A stretch of DNA of 59,140 nt, filler included, from Platydemus manokwari (Eukaryota): assembly GCA_037951405.1 (NCBI GenBank). It is 5 parts of 5 records of this genome, joined end to end, with 100 filler letters (N's around TTAATTAATTAA, not from the genome) between each part and the next. Parts side by side here need not be neighbours in the genome. Positions count along the whole stretch, not along the records: positions 9,434 to 19,413 come from JBBMOY011182211.1; positions 19,514 to 30,326 come from JBBMOY011103998.1; 3 more parts are not named here. One strand, given 5' to 3'. A program made the position numbers and the translations under genes. The notes under the pieces were generated by a model that did no database searches, was not told where the DNA came from, and was given only the letters and a program-made list of their open reading frames with translations. Shown here piece by piece: positions 12,361 to 25,100 of the stretch; the first letter of the stretch is position 1, and each line of letters starts with the position of its first letter.

Positions 12361-14545
12361 TTTCAGTGTCGGTTGATTTTCTAACACTATCAATTAATTA
12401 TTATCAAAGCTATTGCTGTTTTTTATGATTAAAAATATATTTGGAAGAACGAAATGAAAGAATAAAAGCAATTACGTAGTTTTAGCAAACGTATTGAAAC
12501 GAGTGTTTCTTCGAATAAGAAAAGTCGGACTGAAAAGATGGTATACGCAATGAATCTAAAATAAATCAAACTATTGGAATAACAAATTATTTTAATTAAA
12601 TATAATTTTAATTTGTTAAAACTTAAGTTTAATTTTTATGCCTCTTCCAATCTATTTATTAGGTTTTATAGATCTGTGTTTAAATCATGGGCACGGCTTT
12701 TTTCCGGTAAGTTTATAAATTTCATTTACTTTTATTGTTTGAATATTCGTCACCTTAACTAAAAAGTCAGTGACTTTTTAATTAGTTAATTTAATCACAT
12801 TTTTGTAAAACTAAACAATTTGTTGTTTACTTTTGAAGTATCGTTTCTAATTATTTTTAAATAAACTCATCTAAATCTTTCTTAACTGAACGATTGTCTA
12901 ATAATTTTGTGTAAACTCAAACACATGTGTATTTTGTTGTGGTCATCTTTGTTCATAAATATATTTATAAATGCTTACTTTTCTTCAATACATTTTATAA
13001 TTCATGGTATTCGTTTTTTTAAGAAAGTACCATGACAATTCTTTAGTTGTGATAATAATACTTGTTCAACTTGTTCCTATATCTATTTTAATGCTTTATT
13101 TCTACAAAGCGCACAATCAGTGGAAACTATTAAGTTTTTTATTGAGAAGTTAATTCTAATAATATACCACAATTTACAGTAAAAGTGATACAATATAAAG
13201 AGATAAAATAAAATGGTATCAGAGTAAACGTAATTATTTTAATAACAAATGTAAACCTAACAATGGGCAAACATTAATTTTTTTAATAGTTAGTTTTTTT
13301 AAATTATAATATAAAAAGTGAAGTGTTTGAACACAAGAAACTATCAAACCGCCTCAAAAGTACTACATCGACTGACACAGTTGAATGTCATAACTCAAGA
13401 AATCATTCAATTGGAGAAACACTCAATGAAATCATTGTACAATAATTTCAAGAACCATTTTGAATCAAGTACTTCGCAATATCAGTAATTAAAAATCAAT
13501 AAGTAAGCCGAGCAATGTAATAAAATAATATTAAAATCAGCATAACACACAATGTAAATGACGTAAACAAGAACTTCGATCTATTCAGAAATATGGTAAC
13601 TTTAATTTACTAATAATTTTATTTCAGTCTTTGTACTATCAACTGAAAATAGTGTTAAACATATACTTTAGCTTGTCATACAGTAAAATAGATTTTATAA
13701 TCGAAATTATCTCTTATTATTTTATAGGGATATTTTGCTTTCAATTCCTGGGGAAAATTAATAAATAATAATAAAGTGACTTGAGATAAATGATAGTAAG
13801 AAACTAATATACCCAGAATATGTAAAATAATTAAAGGTCATTTATATGGTTATTATATTCTTAGTCAATTATTAATGGGTAGAACCTTATTTCATGACCA
13901 CATAATGACTACGAAATTAGTAACATATCTTGTAACAGTATAGGGTAAGTTCAGGCTAAAAACATTTACCATCATCAAAATTTTCAATAAATCTATATTT
14001 CAACCTAAGTTTTTAAAAAATTTCAAGAAAAAACTGAATTTTGGTTATAAAGAATTGGGTTGTAATACTAAAACATTTAAGCTTTTCCATATCACTGTTT
14101 ATACCGTATTATGAATAAGACTATGATGACTCGTTGATAGCCTTAGCGATAACTATTTAATTTACAGTTTTGAATAAGTAATTTTTTACAATATAGTTAA
14201 ATCGTTTATTTCATTAGGAATTCAAAATCATTTTTAATAGAATAAAAGTTAAAAATATTAGAGAATCTGAATTAAGGAATTAAAGTAAAAAATTAAAAGA
14301 AATTCCGCTTATTCAAATAGATAGATTTTTAGAATTAAGGATTTATTAAAGAGATACTATCTATAAAATATTATTTAATGATACTTAATGAAATTTTTAA
14401 AACCCAACTAGAAATAAAATTAGTTGAATTTCAAATTTAAATGGCAAAATAAAATTAAAAAAGTAAAATTTAAAATAAGATTATCTATTTTAAATAAAAA
14501 TTTCAAAAATTTCTATACTATTAATAAATGAAAGTTTTCTTTGTT

Positions 14546-14576
14546 TGATTGGATTACTGAACGACGCCATTATAAA
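14546..14576 (+). promoter_or_regulatory. Candidate core promoter of the Y-box gene (inverted CCAAT + TATA)
   Basis: TGATTGG at 14546-14552 and TATAAA at 14571-14576, ~80 nt upstream of the ATG at 14653. Confidence 0.5.
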
Positions 14577-14652
14577 GTACAAAAGTCGAGATAGTCAAGA
14601 TAGTAAAGATTTGGAAAAAATAACATCCTATTAAGATCGATAAGCCGCAGAT

Positions 14653-15499
14653 ATGGCCAACAATCAAGATAAAAATGATGAATATGAGGCAAGTGCATCA
14701 GAAACCTCAACACAAAAACAAGTCTTACGTAAGTTTCTAATTTTTTAATCTTTATTTTTATTAGAGTTGAACAGATACCGGAATCACTGGAAAAGTCAAA
14801 TGGTTCAATGTAAAGCGGGGATATGGCTTTGTCTGTAGAGATGACAATCATGAAGACATATTTATTCATCAATCTGCTATAGTTAAGAGTAATCCAGATC
14901 ATCCTCGTAAATCTGTAGGCGAAGGAGAAGAAATTTTATTCGATATTGTAAAGGGCGCTAAAGGGAATGAAGCGGCAAATGTTTCTGCAAGTGACGGAAA
15001 TTGCGTTAAAGGCAGTCAATATGCTCTAAGATATCCACGAGGAAGAGGTCGTGGAAGAGGATTTCGGGGTAAAAGTCCATATCGAGGTCGAGGAGCACCT
15101 GGTGGAGTGTCAGATGAAGGTGATATGCGAACACAAGAATTCTATAGAGGTAATCGTGGGAGAGCATTTAGAGGAGGCAGATTCTATGATACTTACCGCA
15201 AACCGTATAATTATGAATTGCCTCCACAATATTTTTATGAATTTGATTACTACCGCGGTCAAATGCGACCTCCGAGAGGAGGTTTTAGGGGGCGAGGATT
15301 TAGAGGTGGCCCACCAAGAGATGTTCCAATGAAATTTGAAACTAATGAATATTTTGAAAGGAGGCCTCAAGGTAGAGGAAGGGTTAGGGGTCGAAGTCGC
15401 AGACGAGGTCGTGGGCGTGGAATGCCTAGGGATAATGTAAAAGCCAACGAAAAAGAAGATGAAGAGCATCATGAATCTGATCAATGTCCACAAGAATAG
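14653..15499 (+). CDS. YBX (DjY1-like): Y-box (cold-shock domain) protein, 266 aa; join(14653..14728,14775..15499)
   Basis: CSD TGKVKWFNVKRGYGFV (RNP1)...EDIFIHQSAI (RNP2)...SVGEGEE...GAKGNEAANV; RG/RGG-rich and acidic C-terminal tail; 46-nt phase-1 intron GTAAGT...AACAG (14729-14774) restores the frame. Confidence 0.95.
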
Positions 15500-15936
15500 G
15501 TAAAATATAGTTGCGTTGAATTAATAAATAAAAAGTTATTCTTTTAAGATCGAAGATTGCTTGCGATTAGTGTCTACATTTGGTTTGGTGCTTGCTCCTT
15601 CAGAAAGTTATGAAATTTCCTAATTTATTCATGTCGATACAGTATAACTAATAGAATATGTAGTTTTATTGGCTTGTTTAAGTAACCGCGGTTTTAAATG
15701 TCAACAGAATTTTTATGTACAACCTTGCAAAATACATCACTTTTGCTGATTTTGTTTTGTTATGATTTTCTTTAAATTGAGATTTTGTTAATTTTCAATT
15801 TGCAGTACTTTTAAAAATTTTATACTTTTGAAAAAGTAATTGATTTGGTGTGACAGATTTATGTCATATTTTATGCATAAACATTCAAAATTTTAATTGA
15901 CAGCTTTAAATTAATAAATCGATAGAAGAAATAGTT

Positions 15937-16635
15937 ATGTCCAAATTCGTGAGATTACATTATTACGATTGTCGCGGTGAAGCTGAAGTGTTACGAATAT
16001 TATTTAAAGCTGCAAATATAAAATTTGAAGATAAAAGATATTCCGAACCCGAATGGAACGAAGCTAAGGCCAATTTTAAAATCAAAGATTTACCTTTAGT
16101 AGAGAATTCCGACGGGCGACTTCTAACTGAGCCATCGGCAATTAGTCGTTATTTTTCATTAAATCGTGGATTAATGGGAACGTCAGAGTGGGAATATTAT
16201 ATGATTGAAAAATGCATTGAAAGTGTTAGTTTTTCGAATATTTTAAACTTTATTTTCTTAACTATGATAGATTGATGAAGCTTCACAATTCCTTAATGAT
16301 GTTGTATATAAAAGCATTACACTAGATGAAATACAAGTCTCCATTCTGAACGACGACTTAAAGGTTCTTTCAGACGTATTTTATGTAAATTTCTAAACTA
16401 CGTTTAGTCGCTAAACAAAATTGCCGAACAAAATGGTAATGGATTTCTAGTGGGCAAAGCAGCTTCTCTCGCAGACATTTATCTAGTAGTGATGATGGAC
16501 TATGCTGAAATGAGAGCTGTCAAAGATTATTTTGCAAAAGTCGCCAAACTAACGGAAGTGAAAAATAAAATCCTTAAAACATTCCCCGATGTTAACAAAT
16601 GGGTAACAACAATGCGTCCAATCACCGACAGTTAA
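15937..16635 (+). CDS. GST: Glutathione S-transferase, sigma-like, 202 aa; join(15937..16224,16271..16363,16408..16635)
   Basis: N-terminal LHYYDCRGEAEVLR...FEDKR...W...LP...AISRY...GLMG; C-terminal FLVGKAASLADIY and terminal RPIT. Two phase-0 GT-AG introns of 46 and 44 nt keep the frame (an alternative in-frame donor exists at 16376). Confidence 0.92.
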
Positions 16636-19312
16636 AGAACATTTTTCAAAAAATCGTTTCAACTCCATTTTTAGAAAAAATTTCATTTAAATTCGTCCCT
16701 TAATTTAGTGAAATTATTTTCCGTTTTTTTTATTTGAAATACAATTAGCTTTCTATCAAGATAAACATTATTTATTCATTGGAAAATTTATCATCGAATA
16801 GATCGTACATACGCGGAAATCTTAAAATAATGGTTCTGTATTTTTTAAATTGTTAATTTTATAGATATTTCAATCGGTTTTGTTTTCAAATTTTACTTTC
16901 GATATGATCGAATAAAAAATCAAAGATATTGTTTAAATGTCAAAAAATTGGCGAAAAATCACCAGTGTTTCGAAACTGATTGATATTTATATATGCACAC
17001 ACACACACAAATGTTATTTATTATTAAGCAGCAGTTATGAGTAATTAACACACACGTGTACATATGCTAGCGTGTACATATGTGTTGGAATACAAAGGTG
17101 TTTGTATTAGCAAATGGCATTAGTAATCGATTTCTTTCGTTATAAGAAAAATCAATTTCCAATGGTAATTTTAGACATATTTTATAATAAATCGAACAAT
17201 GAATTGGTAACAGCCGTTTGCATAAATTTCAGTGCATTGATCATATTAAAATATTACTTCACTACTGATAATGTTTCATTGATAATTTTTGGTTATGTAA
17301 TTTGTCAGAAAAATTTTTCAAATTTATTAAAATGATAACATTTATTAATGCATATTTTACGATTAATTTATGTTTGTATAAAAGATATATTTGAGGTGAA
17401 TTTAATTTGTTTCTAATTGAGAATTGGGATTATGGATTGAAATTAATGCAGATTTTTAAATTTCATCTCGAATCACAGTTGTAAGACTGTACACTTTAGG
17501 AGAGAAACTTTGAAGTCGATAATTACTAAAGTTAATTTTGATTTGATTTATTGTTTATTTAAATGGCGAAAAAAAATGTTGACGTAACAAATTAAATGAA
17601 TATTTGACGATAAATTCTGGAAATGTCTGATGCTACCGGGCAAATACTAATCAACCAAATGAGCGTTAAACATGATACGATATATCCATGAATAACTAAA
17701 CAAGATGTGAAGCAAAGCTGAGATAATGCAGTGAAGAGTTCTTATAAGCAAAAATTGTCTTTTAAAATCCAATTTCACATTTGAAAAATAAATAGATCTT
17801 AAATTAGGAATACAGTTTTTTTGATTGATAGCATTGCTGATGATGAGGTTCAGCTCGATTGACATGAGATTAAGAAAGAATAATTTTATGTAAGAATATT
17901 TGATTAAGATTTGGATTCGTTCTAAATAGGATTAAACCTCTGTTTTCTGAACAAAACAATGCAACATGTTTAGGCTTTCTTCAGTGAATTTAAACACTTA
18001 TAGCAATGACAGAAAACGGTAAAAGTAAAAATTACCCACCCACCCCATATCTTTAAAGAACGTCCCAAGGTGCTTGTCATGTACATGTATGTACACAAAA
18101 TAATAATATAATTGTCTATTTTATAATAATTATGATAATAATTTCTCGATTCGACTTACGCGTACTGTAAAATATTATCTATTCCAGTATTTGATTCAAT
18201 TTCATGATTCTCTTTCATTTCTAATATTTATATGGCCAAGATTTATAACCTTTATATATTCCTTACTTAGTAAAACAAATTATTCAATAAATTAAAACAT
18301 TTGATCATGTTGTTTCTGTTAGTTTGTGTTGTATTAATTTCTAATTATAAAATATAATTACATTTTTCTAATTATCGGTCATATTTGGTAACAAATGGTA
18401 GATATTGGTTTAGTATTGACGACTGCTACAGTGAGCTGGTTGAAAAGCTTAACAGAGTGTCACTTGATCGTATTGAAAATTGTAGAAATATCATTAAATA
18501 AAATAATCGAGTTCAGCAGAAAAAAATAATGACAATTAACGGGATTATTTATAGGAAAAATCATTTCTTCCATTTAAAATCGATTATTTTGTAATGTTTA
18601 AGAATTGTACCGCATTGAACCATACTTATGGTCCACTTATTCATTAACATAGTATCGGTTTTATACCAGAGAACTTCCAATTATCGATCGATTGTAATTA
18701 TAATTCAATTATTGATTTTGATCGTTTTGGATTGGAAAGGAATTCTAGAGTTTAGAATATTCTTTATAAAATTTATGATAAAATAATTTTTCTGTACTTT
18801 AAAGGTCATTCAAATGTATATGAAAAATATAGTATGAATTAAATGTTAGTAGAGATAAATCAAATAAAGCAATACTTTAAATGATACTCACTAAACAGAT
18901 TGAGATACACAAGATAAGAGTTTATGTTCGTGCTTTGTGTTAATGATGTAGTCTATGATTACAATTCTCCAGAAATTCAATAACATTGTTTTTATAGATA
19001 TATAATACCAGTTGAATGGTTTAGGTTTGATGGTAATTATTGTTCAAAAACATTTAGTTAGCTTACTGTCAAATTGTGTTTTACTTTGATAAACATTTCA
19101 GTGTTTTTGAAAGCACAATTCACTGAAATAGTAATGATAAATTTGTTTTCAGATAACCTTACATTTACAAAGCTAGCTATTGATTATTGCATATCTAATC
19201 GAAAATGAATACTCACTGAAGGTCATCTGATGTCAAAAATTAAAATTGAAATTAAAATTATTAATAAAAAATTAATAATAATTATAATTATCATTGGTAT
19301 TATTTCCTCACA

Positions 19313-19348
19313 ATTATTATTATTATTGTAATATTATTATTATTGTAA

Positions 19349-19413
<65 letters not shown>
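19313..19413. repeat. (ATT)n microsatellite abutting gap
   Basis: Direct reading. Confidence 0.93.
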
Positions 19414-19513
19414 NNNNNNNNNNNNNNNNNNNNNNNNNNNNNNNNNNNNNNNNNNNNTTAATTAATTAANNNNNNNNNNNNNNNNNNNNNNNNNNNNNNN
19501 NNNNNNNNNNNNN
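19414..19513. other. Assembly gap with six-frame-stop linker
   Basis: 44 N + TTAATTAATTAA + 44 N. Confidence 0.97.
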
Positions 19514-22105
19514 GAACTTTATTAAATAGGAAGAGTTACTAAATTTAAAATAATAAATTAATAAAATGCTTTAATTTTTAGTTAAAAATTTTCAAAATCA
19601 ATTTAAATTGAAAATTATATAATTGCAGTACTCGTGTTAAAAGAATTAATTTTAAATAGTAATATTAGATATGTAATGACTTTTCTACAAGATATGGTAG
19701 AAAAGTAGTTTTGTTTTAGTAATTATAATTGTTCGTGTTTGTAATTATTTATATCGAATCAAGAAGTGCATTAATAAAGTGAAGGAAAACATCAATGAAC
19801 TATTTGCACCATTTAGTTTAAAGCAAATCAACATATGTGTATGACAAATATTTCAAAAATTATTCTCGCACAATGAACAGTAATAACTCTCGGTTAAAAA
19901 GAGCAAAAATTTTAAGTAAATAAAAATTAAACATTAAATAAATTAAATAATTTGGTTTTACTATTATATTTGATTCCAACAAATATTAAAAAAGTAAATA
20001 TTTATAGGGAATGAATCTTTAGAAATAATTTTCAAAATTTTTTATTAAATTAAAATTTTTATTTTATTATTTCACTCTTTTTGAAGTCAGATTGGAGAAG
20101 TTTTGAACAATAAATAAATCATTTCAAAATAAAACTGGATAGCCCGATCTTTATTAAAAGATCTAATAAATAATTGCTAAAGTAGGAAGATTACCTACTA
20201 ACAAATCCCACTTGTCATAAATGATTTAATAATCACTATGTCAGATCAGTCGAGTTGTAATATTAATATATTGTAGAAATTAATGCGAATATTTAATAAT
20301 AACTATCATCCATATAGCTTGACGAATTTAGTCAGAAAATGAAGCCTTATATTTAGTTTATGAACATTTGATAAAAGATTAAAATTTACCAAGAATTATA
20401 CTATCAGCTAAAATTAAAAAAAATAATACGAAAACAGAAACAATTTTCTGTACAGTAGAAGACTTTGAAAAGAAGATTTGATTGTCAGTTGTCAAAACTT
20501 ATAGCTTCACCAAACTAACTTCAAATAATGATGAATTCACTTCATTTTGTTTTTGATAAATTTTCAAGTAATAATAGTGAAAAATCTCGAAAAGAAGTGT
20601 GAACAAAAGAATAATTGAAACTTCAAATAAAACATGTTTAACAAAAGAAAACATTTGGAAATAAAACATTAAACTTAATGATTCAATATAATACAGAAAT
20701 TTCAATTTGTATTTCCCTCATCAATACAAAAAACGTGAAGTCAATGATGACAAATATATAAACTCAAAGAAGATATCAATTAAAATTAACTATTATAGAG
20801 ATTGCAGATTATTAGATGACAAAAATACAACCGTATATTAACAAATTGACCTCAAATGTAATGTTCATAATCATCATTAATAGATATTTCATTCGATATT
20901 TGTTGTTTGTTAAAATTATCCTTATAATTATTTTTATGTTAGTTCACTAAATATCAATGCATAAGTTTCTAATTATGAGCTCCAATATTTGTAAATTTAT
21001 TTTAATTTCCAATATATAGGATCAACCGCTATTTAAGGACATAGGCAGAAATATAACTGTAATAAGTATATTAGTCACATTTTCATTTACATTCTAAATA
21101 GTCGCTTAAGTAAAAAGTTCTTTATAATAACTTGATAAAAATATTAAAGAATTAAGAGATCATATCTAATGAAATTTTCATATTGGGTTTGGTGGTACAT
21201 GTAGAAAAGTTGATAATATACTGAAAAATACAATAAATATTAATGAAATCGAATATAAAAACAAATTGAAATCAATGTTTACTCAGTCAATGACAAAGCA
21301 ATGCATTTATGATTTAAAGTGCAGTGACAAATAATTTTCTAATAAATGACTATATATATAAATAGAATCTAAATTTACACTCAAGATTTTTATAATATTT
21401 TTCACTAAACTATTCAGATCAAGTTGAGTCAGCAAAATGAAGCACATATGAATGAAATTGAAGCTTAAGCTTTTTAAAAAAATTAATTCATTAAAAAACA
21501 AGCGCCTCAATGATCTACGTCACTACTTACAGTACTCCATTGCAAATCACAAGAAATTTTAATTCTTATCATAGTAATTTTTATCAATCGAAATATATGA
21601 TTATCATTTCTCTACTTCCTACTTTTATCCCTTTCCAATGTTCATATTTTCATAGTTTCAATGTTTCTGATTCCCTAGTTTTTCAGTTGTCATTCCTACA
21701 TCTGCTTAAATCGGTGTCTATTACCTTCTCTTTCACTCCAGTTCACATTCCATCTTGAGAATAGCAATGCTTTTATTGAAATTTGGATATTTGACTCGAT
21801 ATATATATATATATATAATTTCAATATTATAATTATCAAAAATATAAAATAAACACATTTCTATTTCCCAAAATTAAACAAACACGTAGCATAACATGTA
21901 AATAAACTTATTAAATTATAATTACTGTGTATTAGATTGTAAAATGATATTTTTATTTTACATCCAATAATTATAATTTAATAATTGTCTAGACATGGTG
22001 CCACTAAAATAAAATGAACAAATATTACAAATTATATTTTATTTATAGTAATGTTATCTATCAGAAAACTTTATTGAAAATAGTTACAAACTTACCACAA
22101 AAGCT

Positions 22106-25100
22106 CTACTTCCTAACTAATTGAAAAGGCACTGACATATTAATGGAAGTAGGAAATGAGTTTTGCATGAAACATTCTGCATCTTGATGTGTCAAGCCTG
22201 AAAAATGAAATAAACATTAATAATTCTTATATAATATAAAACTTATTAAGATGTTTGGAAAGAAATTATTTTTAATGAACGCATCATACTCTCATAACAA
22301 ATTAAATCAAAATTATTAATGTTAACATATCAATGTTTTATATCAAATATTGATGGCGATAATCAGTGATTCCCAAAATTTTCGGGCATACCGCCCCTTT
22401 CCAGAATAAATACTACTTAGCGCCCCCAAACAAACTAATATTTTTTAACTTTTAGTATCAATTTATAAAAAAATCTTAATGTTACTATCTTTTTTATTAA
22501 ATCTATTAAAAAGATATATAAATTAGGTAGAAACAATGCATTTTGAAACTAAGAACATATTGCGCTTAGAATATATTTTAATACAAGAACTCGAAATTAT
22601 GTTAATGAGAAGGATGAACCTGGTGCGCTGCTACCAATTTTGTAACATTGGGCTCATCAAAATTTTTAATAATCATTTTCTTACATTCTTATAGTAATAT
22701 CGCCTACAAATGAGCTTGTATTCACCACCGACCTCTGGATCCTTGCAGCGCCCACTTTGGGAATCACTGGCGATAATAATATAACATGCACATTATGACA
22801 CCAAACTAATGGAATCAAATGTAATTTACAAGTCCATACCAATTATTGAAATAGATTTAATAACACCTAATGAAAATTGTACTTTATAAAGCTCTATATA
22901 TTCACAAGAATAGAAATTAGATTAAAATCAATAAACTCAAAAAAAACACATTGTTTCACTATAAAGATATTAAAAAAGACAAATATGTAAATTTTCTCTC
23001 TATTCATGAATTATAAAATAGGACTCAGTTATAAACTAAAGTCACACCATCTCCAAAACAAAATTATCTTTAAGTACCAAACCAATATTTTAAATATATC
23101 AACGGGGAAAGCATTTTCGAAATGACACTTTAATATGCATTTAGAATTTCATCAAACTATTGATAAATCTTATATCAGATGAAATCAAGAAGAAAATCAA
23201 TAGTTATATTGCAAGTGGGTGATGCTGAAATTTCAATTCAAACATTGTTTGGTACGTAAGATTGACGTCTTTGAAGTGTAATATTATAGGCAATGCACTG
23301 ATAAAACTGCATATAAATTGATACAACGATAAGGATCAGTGATATCTAGATTTACGGTTTATACTCTCTTTGCAAAACAGATTAAATTGATATTGGTTTT
23401 ATATTTCTGTCTGATGAAATAAAATATTATATTAGTTAGTGACAATATATATATATATATATATATATAATATGATTCAAGGTAAATTAAATCAAGTTGT
23501 GGTGGAGATTCTTCAATTGCACATATTCAAAAAATTTACTGTAGTTTAATCGAAATACTTTTCAAGATGTGCTTCTTCATCTTTTGTTTGAAGATACTTT
23601 ACCCGTTATCAATTGATTAAAACACCATAACATTTTAAAAAGTAAGGTAAATTGCAGACAGTCGAGCATTTCAGAAAAAACAATGGCGGATTGTTACAAC
23701 TTTTTCCGTGAGATGTGTACGCATCCTATTTCAGATCCAATCCCATTTCTTTAGTCGGATATGGATTCACATTGCTTTGCAAAATCCTCAATACATAAAT
23801 TTGGCTAATATTTGACTTATTTTGATTTAATATTGTGTTTATTTTTTTTATTAATTCAGAGGTGGAGATTCTTCAATTGATTAATATAATGGGATATTCT
23901 TCAATCGATCCAATGTTTCTTTCAAAATATAAATATCATAACTAGAACATTCAAGTTCATTTTGTTTAACGATTGCTTTTAGATGAAAATTACTTAATCA
24001 AATTAATATAACCATTAATAATTAAATTACCATTTTCAATATCTGCATGCAGATTTTCTGGGTTCATCTGCATAGGATACATAGAATTTGGATTCAGATT
24101 GATTGGTTTATCAAATGAATAATGAGATTGAGCTTGATTCTGTTAATTAATAAAAAAATATATTCTCAAATCAAATTATTTAATTAAATATTGAAAAATT
24201 CAAAGAATAAAAATAAAAATAATAATATAATTAGCCTTTTAATCCAATTTAGGATTTAATATACGAAATCAAAAGTCAAAATGAAATGTTCATAAAATCT
24301 TTAAAAATTTGAAAACAACAACAACAATGACTAACTTGTCCAAATAAAATCGCTACTTCTTTTTGTTGTTTGTAAATTTTATCAAGAATTCCAACAACAT
24401 TGGCTTTGACAGCTAATCCACTATGTATGACAACATTGTTAAAATTAGGATGATTTGGTGAAAGTATTTGGTTCAATATTATTAAATTTTCTTTATCAAA
24501 TTGCTTTGAATTGGGAATTGATTTCTCTACAGAATTCGATGGTTTCGATAGCTCTAGAAAATTCACTCCAAAATTATATTGTGATTTAAAATGATTATTT
24601 CGTGTTTTTATTATTTGAAAAGCAAATGAAACTGGTTTATTTGGAACAATCGGTAGTGATTTAGGAAGTTTAGTTTTTGAATACTTTCCAAATATCGGCA
24701 ATTGATGTGTTAAACATTCATCTAAAAATTTATTATCCACAGAACTGTTGGATTGGGAAATTGCAATTTCATTGACTGTTTGTGCTTGTTTATCTGATAA
24801 CTTTGAATAACTATCGTTATTAATCTTCACTCTAAAATAATATATGACATGCAATACATTATAAAAGTAAAAAATACATCTTAAAAAGGTAATACAATAG
24901 TGTGAACTATTTTATATTTACATTTGATCAGGGTTTCAATTTTACTCATTTTATAATAAATAAATAATAATGTTGAGTGGAGACGAAATCATGGAAAAGA
25001 AAAACGAATTTAAACATTGGAAACCTTGTTTCAGCACTTTAAGAATTCACAACCATACAGTCATAACAATCAACAATCATAGTTGATAACGATAATTGGA

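Noticed and set aside
14570-15493. ORFs 14570-14902(-), 15051-15332(+) and 15110-15493(-)
   Set aside because: Shadow frames of the GC-richer Y-box coding sequence.
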